Shown: positions 56,013 to 64,000 of the stretch, in pieces | How positions within the stretch are numbered: position 1 is the stretch's first letter | How the letters are laid out: each line of letters opens with the position of its first letter | Assembly: GCF_006345805.1 (NCBI RefSeq) | Contig: NC_043001.1 | Span: forward strand, 5,022,001-5,086,000 | Direction of reading: 5' to 3' | From: Octopus sinensis | Lineage: Eukaryota | Length of the DNA stretch: 64,000 bases | Notes under the pieces: model-generated | The model's database searches: none | Seen by the model: the letters and a program-made list of their open reading frames with translations, nothing else | Told to the model about the DNA's origin: nothing | Program-made: the position numbers and the translations under genes

Positions 56013-56061
<49 letters not shown>

Positions 56062-56087
56062 TAATAATAATAATAATAATAATAATG

Positions 56088-56143
<56 letters not shown>
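55970..56143. repeat. (CTA)n-(TAA)n microsatellite
   Basis: Direct. Confidence 0.97.
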
Positions 56144-56144
<1 letters not shown>

Positions 56145-56673
56145 GCTCTCATGGCTTCTGATCTTGACTGATTGGAAGTGTTATCATGTACTTTGTTTTG
56201 TCTTGGTATAAAAGATGGGCTACAGCAAATATCTGCTCAATACACACAGATTGCTTGTCGGTTGTTTGGTCTTAACCAGTTGAGCATGTCCTTAGTGGCT
56301 GACGATATGTGCATCTCTGATCACGAGCAGAAGTAGTGGGGGAGCATCATGGCCATGTGTTGAGAGGGATTCTTTGGGGGTTTGAATAATTCACCTCTGG
56401 AAACATAGGTGTTTCGTTTAACATCCTAAAGCAACCCTTATTCAGGGACCTTTTGAGCAGGATGGGCTACTCAACCTGAAGAAAATTCTAACTGGGCCCC
56501 ACCTGCAAGGTCATGTGCTGTTTATCTTGATATGAGATCACCATGTCGCGCACATATGGTTGTGATGCATGTGCCTGGTGTACCTTTATCAGACGGGTAG
56601 TCATGATGGGTATATTGGGCTTCGTATATTTTACCCCAGTGTCACTTTGATGGCATGAACTGCTCTCTCACTC
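56144..56673. mobile_element. ~530-bp non-coding insertion within a (TAA)n array (probable retroposon 3' portion or non-autonomous element)
   Basis: Sharp junctions to TAA repeats on both sides, higher GC than its surroundings, no ORF in the track. Confidence 0.6.
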
Positions 56674-57264
56674 AATAATAATAATAATAAAAATAATAAT
56701 AATAATATTGCTGTTTCTCATTCTGTTGCAATATTCTCTCCAAGAAGCGAATTATCTGATGCCAAAATATAGAGAGAATACACGGATTATGGAAATGAGG
56801 CATATTATACTAAGAGATCGTTCCTCTGCATTTCACCATTCTACCATTCTAATTTAATGAAGTATTTTTATGCATCCTCTACTGTCAGTGGCAATTAATT
56901 GCCATTTATTCATAGCACACATCGCGTTAGCAATAAGGTAGGCAAAAAAATATTAAATGAATCCTGTTTGCTTTATTTTCTTTTTCCCTGAAAAGCACAA
57001 TTTTGCACCGAATAATTAAAATTTTGATTTTAATAGTGCAAATAAACTTTGGAAGTATGTCACAATAAACAGTAAAATTTTACGTTATTGTTTTTTTACT
57101 TTCCGAAATTTCAAACAAATTATTGTTGAAATTGAATTCTTTAAATGCTTTGTTAGTTTCAGCTGTTAATGATGCTGGTTGCCTTCTGTTTGATTAGACT
57201 GTTATTCCCACTGAAAACGAAACGGAGAAAACATCGACAAATGATTATTCATTCTAAATTATCG

Positions 57265-57295
<31 letters not shown>

Positions 57296-57330
57296 TTCTC
57301 TGTCTCTCTTCCTCTTTGTGCGTGTGTATG

Positions 57331-57422
<92 letters not shown>

Positions 57423-57487
57423 ACACTTATACACAGGCGGATATATATACGTATGTGTTTGTGTATGCATATATGTGTATCAATATA

Positions 57488-57523
<36 letters not shown>

Positions 57524-57646
57524 TAGTTAGATTGATAGATAGATAAATAGATACATTGATATATATATAGATATAGATATATATGCATATATATACATAT
57601 ATAGGCATATACATATACATATATGCTTATATATATATACACATGT

Positions 57647-57682
<36 letters not shown>

Positions 57683-58377
57683 GTATATATATATATATAT
57701 ATTTATATATACACATAGATATGTGTGTGTATGTATTCACATATGTATGTATTCATATTCAAATATACAATCGTAATTAAATGAATAAACAAATAAATAC
57801 ATAAACATAAATATTTGAGAATCATCTTTTTCATGTTCAACTTAATTCTAGCATTATTATAAGTTAATGATCTTTGTGTTGTATTTGTTTACGTAAATTT
57901 TCTCTTCTCTTTTCATAAATATTTTCATTGTGTGTGTTGGTTCCATTGTGATCACCAACCCCATTATATATATATTTCTAATTATGAAAAAAAATAGAAG
58001 TGTGGTTTATGACAACTCCGTGATAAACACTGCGTTGCATGAATAAGAGACTGAACGAACGAAGCAAAAAAAATTTGATATAAATTAAAAAGTGGAATAG
58101 TATTGAAAATATATGATCAGTGAATGTTTTTTTTTATGTCTGCACTGGTGGGTGTATTTGGATTGCAGTTATAACAATATGAGATTACTTCAGACAGGCA
58201 TATCAGTAATGTTATTTGTAATTGTTGTGGCCAGTATCGAAATCTCTCTCTTTATAAAACATGATCCAATGACCAAGCATATATCATTTGTGTCCATCGT
58301 TTTAAATCCGATGCTGATGACAGTACCTGGTATTATATATCATTTTCTACTCTATGTACAAGGCTCGACATTTTTGC

Positions 58378-58798
58378 TGAGGCGGCCAGTTGATTAAATC
58401 CACTAGGTGCGTAACTGGTACTTATTTAATTAACCCCAAAAGGATGAAAAGCAAAGTCGACCTCGGCGAAATTTGAACTCAGAACATAAAGACAAACGAA
58501 ATACCGCTATACATTTCGCCCGTCGTGCTAACATGTCTGCTAGCTCACCGCTTTATTATGATATTATATATTTATTTATTTCCCAGTGGGGGCTAAACAT
58601 AGAGGGGACAAACATGTATAGACAAAGGAATTAAATCGATTAAATTCACCCCAGTGCGTAACTGGTTTATATTTAATCGACTCCGAAAGGATGAAAGGCA
58701 GAATCGACTTAGGTGGAATTTGAACTCAGAACGGAAACACTGACGAAATACCGCTATGTGTTTCGCCCGGTGTGCTAACGTCTCTGCCAGTTCCCCGT
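58378..58798 (-). mobile_element. Two tandem SINE family A copies
   Basis: gcgtaactggt...gaatttgaactcagaac...gaaataccgcta occurs twice. Confidence 0.85.
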
Positions 58799-59299
58799 CG
58801 TATACGATAGTATGTATTGACACAATATACATTTTGCCTATGCAGATCGTTTCCCTAGTAATTCGACCACTTAGACCGACATCTGTACATTTGCTGGTCT
58901 CACAACTTGTGTTCATATATATTATATATTGTTAGTAGCCACAATATAAACAATGTATATGCAAAGGAAATAAGAGCAGATATCGCAGTATTGAATAAAG
59001 AACGTTATTTCCATTAATGAAAGCCTGTACTTTCATTAAAGTAAACATTCTCATCATGGAGATATTTCTTTTGTGAATACTCTAACACAAAATATTTGTA
59101 CAAGATATATCATTTTATATACATTTTTTTATCGTTAAAGAAAAGTATCAGTTGTATTATTTTCAGGCAGAAGGAAAAAAAGATGGCACTGGTATATTTC
59201 TTTAATAATTAATTAGAGAAACACCTTTTACTTGCCATCGTATTGCTGTCCAGAACATATTTTAAAATATCCATCTACACCACGTGGAATCTCGCAAAC

Positions 59300-61140
59300 A
59301 CGATTATGGTTGAAGACCACCACAGATGAAACTAACAACGCTGCCACCGATGAATACAACCATTTCATTAGTAAGTTATTTAAGAAGGGGTAAGTACTCT
59401 TCTCGTTTTACTTGGTCTCAACAGCTAAACCAAGATCGGATATATGAAGCAGTTAAAACAATACAGCGACGAAGCTCAACCCAGTTTAAATACTTCGATG
59501 CGAAACAGCTCCGGCAAGAAGCATCTTTTCTAAAAAAAACAAAAAATCAACTGATCCACGATCCTCCCGAAGCACTGAAAATGAGTCAAAATCTGCCAGG
59601 AACGACTTAAAAAATAATGTTAACAAACCACCGTTCCTGCTATCACTAAATTTGAGGTTATCCCTAACTTTAGCTGACTCAGTAACGAAGACTGTGGAAT
59701 TTATCCGACTCATTTCGAAATCACAATTCGAAAACATTATGCTGGTTCTTGAAGCTTTCTATTCCCAACAAGTGTGTGAAAAAATCTGACAGATCTAGTG
59801 TTTAAATTTATCAACGATGTTATCGGATAACACATGGAATCATGTGATGTTAATTACTGGAATATTAATAATCTTATATACACAGCCGCTATTACTCTTA
59901 AAGAACACCTGGAGAAATCTACAATGAACAAAGTATCGAAATTACGAAAGGGAAACAGTCTACATGGACCACAAAACTTGACGAAAACATCAACAACGTG
60001 CGCCGCCATATTGGATGGTTAACTACAACAATTAGATGTAAGGAGAAAAATGAGTTGACACCTCACCAACTCTAGACAAAAATTAGCGAAACTTTATGGC
60101 AACTCTTTTGCTCTCAAGGGAAAGCTAATCACTTTACAATATAAACTCTGGATAATGAGCGAGAAACTTCTATATCGCATGCGAATTTTTGAGCGAGCCA
60201 GTATCAATTGCAAGTTTGCTTCCAACCCACAAACATTTTACAGAGAGATGCGGAAGGAAAATATTACCACCAAGAAAGCTCCCTCCCAAGAAGATCTACA
60301 ATCATTCTGGTCAATCATGTTGAACGAAAAGAGGGGTTGAAACCTGAATGCATCATGGTTAAATACAATTGAGAGAGAATACTGTACCAACACTAACAGT
60401 AAAACACAAAATTAATGCAGAAAACTTCGCTATAGCAGTAGGCAAACAATGGAATGGGAAGGCTTGGGCCTAATTGTTGGATATTGATTCAAGAAGCTGA
60501 CATTTTATAGACGCCAATTTATATGTATTTTTAAAAGGACTATGGAAGGTCAGGCTAATATACGACATTGTCTTGCTACAGCAAGGACACATCTTGTTGC
60601 CTGAAATGAAATCACCGTGTTTGGCAGGAAAGTATAAGCTCATTGCTTGCTTAAAAATTACGTACAAACTGTACAGAAGGTGCCTCAACCAGTTCCTCTT
60701 GGACCATTTTGAATCGGACAACATTGTGACGTAAAAAGGCAAGTGGAAAGAAGGGAGTGTGGGGATGGGCAGAACAACTTTTAATAAACCAAGCTGTATT
60801 GTCTGAAGTAAGAAAACAGCATAGAAACCTTGTGACAGAATGGCTTAACTATAAGAAGGCATTCAAATCTACTCTTCATTCATGACGGTTGAAGTGCCTA
60901 TACCTGTCAAAAGTACCTACTACCTTAATTACTGCTATAGGGAGACTCACAAAGACGAGGACACCTATTCTTAAACTTACAACTGAGAATAGAATAACTG
61001 TTTCTTTTAGTATAGGCATTACAAACGGAATATTCCAGGGAAAAATCTTTCTGTACTTCTCCATTTGATACTGAAGCCATTATCATTCCGAATACAGAAA
61101 ACAGATGGTTACCTGTTAGGCTCTTCAACTGCTAGAAATA
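59300..61140 (+). mobile_element. Decayed R4/Dong-like (RLE-type) LINE: N-terminal region and RT domains 0-4
   Basis: YWNINNLIYTAA; FASNPQTFYREM; PSQEDLQSFWS; Y.LIACLKITYKLY; EQLLINQAVLSEVRKQHRNLVTEWLNYKKAF; GIFQG. Many stops and frameshifts. Confidence 0.8.
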
Positions 61141-62003
61141 TCAGTGTAACTCATATTTTCTTAGATTTATGTTAAAAGGGAGAGTTATTAGGCTTCAAAA
61201 ATAGAAGACACATACATACATACATACAAACATACATACTTACGATTTCCGTTTTCTACATTCGAATAATGGAGCTTTGTCTCTTTGTTAGAATCCATCT
61301 TCTTCTTGAAAGGAAGTATTTAAATAATTAAAACACGTAAATAACATCGATGTCAGTCACGTATTTTTGGGATGAAGTTTTAGATTTTCATCCGTGAAAG
61401 ACAAAATTGATTTTAAGTATGCTCAACTTTTGTAAAACAAGTATCCATATAGAAAACTGCTAACTTAATGGATATTTGTGACGAGTCATAACAGCATATA
61501 AAACCTATTAATTTTAAACTCTTCCCATGGATGCAACAACTGCTAAACTAAACACATTAAGTATAATTTCTATGATGAGAAAGTTCTGTGTTGCAAATCT
61601 ATAAATGGATATCTCATTTAAAAATAACATAAATAACCACAAACCATTTCACATCAATCCCAATCTGCTGGTAGGTGTGCATTACAAACTTCTGCTCACA
61701 TAATTTCCTGATGATGACGAAACTGCAAAGTGGAAAATGAAAACATACTCCAAGTACAAAACAATATCTTATACTCAATGAAGTATAAAGGCGAAGATTG
61801 CAAACTTTATTATTCAACTTCATTTATTATTCACTGCAAAAAGACCAGACCTACGGGCATACTTATGTAGTCTCATTTTCCAAGGACCAAAATGCGATGT
61901 ACTACAAGAGTGGAAACACATAACCTCACGCAATCTGATCAAAGTTATTGCACCGTCTCCTTTACCACCAGATATATTTGTCATGCCCATAATACTAAGA
62001 CAC

Positions 62004-62420
62004 CAGGCGGCGAGCTGGCAGACACGTTCGCGCGCCAGGCAAAATGCTTAGCGGTATTTCGTCTGCGGCTACGTTCTGAGTTCAAATTCCGCCGAGGTCG
62101 ACTTTGCCTTTCATCTTTTCGGGGTCGATTAAATCAGTACCAGTTACGCACTGGGGTCGATATAATCGACTTAATTCGTTTGTCTGTCCTTGTTTGTCCT
62201 CTCTGTGTTTAGCCCCTTGTGGGTAGTAAAGAAATAGGTATTTCGTTTGTCGTTACGTTCTGAGTTCAAATTGCGCCGAGGTCGACTTTGCCTTTCATCT
62301 TTTCGGGGTCGCTAAATAAAGTACCAGTTTCGCACTGGGATCGATGTAATCGAATTAATCCCTTTGTCTGTCCTTCTTTGTCCCCTCTATGTTTAGCCTC
62401 TTCTGGGCAATAAAGAAATA
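62004..62420 (+). mobile_element. SINE family A head-to-tail dimer
   Basis: A full unit followed directly by a second unit that lacks the first ~45 bp. Confidence 0.9.
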
Positions 62421-63249
62421 TAATTATACTAAGACACTATTGTTGAAACAGCATCGTATACGATAATATATATCATGCATTTTGATGTGATAGTTTTATA
62501 CCACATTCATAGTTAAGCTATTAAATACTTTGTATCGTTAAACTATTTACTTAAATGTTTTATATTGCAAAACTTGAATCGTAAAAATTCAATATTTATT
62601 TAACAAGTGAACGTTTTAAAATATAGGAAGCAATAAAAGCTCACAGATTTTACACATTGAAAAGCATTTTAATAACAAATGCATGGAGTGCAGTGGTTCA
62701 AATGACGATGCAAACTGCGAATACAAATACAAAAATTACCAATTTTAAAATTCGGATACCATATGCCTAACTTCTAATAGTGGCACAGCAATCTAAAATA
62801 TGGGAACATTTTTGTACCCCGAGCAGTATATTTGCACCTTATCCCAAAAGGTGCCACCGCAATTTCATTACCGGTTCGACTCCATTTGTATTGAATAAAA
62901 TTTAACTAAAATTAGCCTGCCAGTATATCCTCCCTCTAATTGGGTGTCCTGTTCCCAAATTAATAATCATTATTAAATTTGTGGCTCATGTGCTAAGTGC
63001 ATTTAGAAGACCAGAAAAGGATATCCAGATTATTTCATACTTGTGTAATAATTCTTAACTGGACGGTTATATGTACAAGTAATATAATCACGAGAAAAAC
63101 TGGTAACATATTTTTGGTCGGACTTGGCATTGTTTCTAGTGACAAAGGGCTCATTGCGAACCCTTATGGTTTTATTAATTATTTTCTAATTCCAGCTTTA
63201 TATATTTATGAATATCGAATTCAGAATGTTTTTGTATCTATGTTTATCC

Positions 63250-63380
63250 CCTATCCCTGCTTGACAACTGGTATTGGTGTCTACACATCCCAAACCTTAG
63301 CGGTTCAGCAATAGATACGATAAAATAAGTACCTGGCTTAAAAATAAAAATAAGTATTGGGGCCGATACATTCCACTGAA
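63250..63380 (+). mobile_element. SINE family B 3' half
   Basis: gcttgacaactggtattggtg...cttagcggttcagc...ataagtacctggctta. Confidence 0.65.
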
Positions 63381-63384
63381 ATAC

Positions 63385-63722
63385 ACACGCACACATATAA
63401 ATACATACATACTTACATATATACAAATATATATATGCACACAGACACACATATAAATACATACATACTTACATATATACAAATATACATATGCACACAC
63501 ACATATAAATACATACATACTTACATATATACAAATATATATATGCACACACACACATATAAATACATACATACTTACATATATACAAATATATATATGC
63601 ACACACACACATATAAATACATACATACTTACATATATACAAATATATATATGCACACACACACATATAAATACATACATACTTACATATATACAAATAT
63701 GCATATGCACACACACACACAC
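63385..63722 (+). repeat. ~54-bp higher-order tandem repeat built from CA/TA microsatellite, ~6 copies
   Basis: Unit acacacacatataaatacatacatacttacatatatacaaatatatatatgc; visible in the ORF track as repeated HTHTYKYIHTYIYTNIYM. Confidence 0.92.
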
Positions 63723-64000
63723 ATACACACATATATCATTTATCGCTGAAGAGAGGTTAATGAACTATACGCAACAATAGAAAGTCGAGTAGACTTCCAA
63801 TTTGTAGTTGTTTAATTAGATTTTGTCGAATTTATTGCCAGAATAAATTAATACAATTAAATTTAAGCACGAATACTTTCGTACAGAAATGTTTTCAAAA
63901 TGTAACCAGTAACCATTTTTTCACAGGTTATAAAGTAAGAACATTAGGTAAAAAGCACTTGGGAATAGTTTTCATATTGGCGGATCGGACAATAGCCTCG

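Noticed and set aside
61703-61738. CUGAUGA-UGAC-GAAAC HHR-like core with possible stems I and III
   Set aside because: No stem II (4-nt linker) and G at position 17, so the core geometry is not satisfied.

Overview
This is AT-rich, repeat-saturated eukaryotic non-coding DNA. It is most likely octopus/cephalopod, inferred from the dense (TA)n/(CA)n/(TAA)n microsatellites and recurrent tRNA-derived SINE families. I found no supportable host protein-coding gene, rRNA, true tRNA or CRISPR array; most ORFs in the supplied track are translations of microsatellites or SINEs. Recognisable content: many tRNA-derived SINE copies; decayed L1/Tx1, R4/Dong-like and Penelope-like (PLE; RT and GIY-YIG) retroelement fragments; a Tc1/mariner transposase relic; and a non-autonomous Helitron. 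The most notable unexplained structure is a set of type I hammerhead ribozyme (HHR) motifs in several small non-coding elements. Two complete HHRs lie in tandem 568 nt apart (retrozyme-like, with an inverted terminal repeat), and a separate complete HHR lies at 16085-16144. There is also a candidate with the C3-G8 core pair swapped to G3-C8, an A6U core variant, and a Pol III tRNA-headed SINE carrying an internal HHR relic. All structures were folded by eye; activity is untested.
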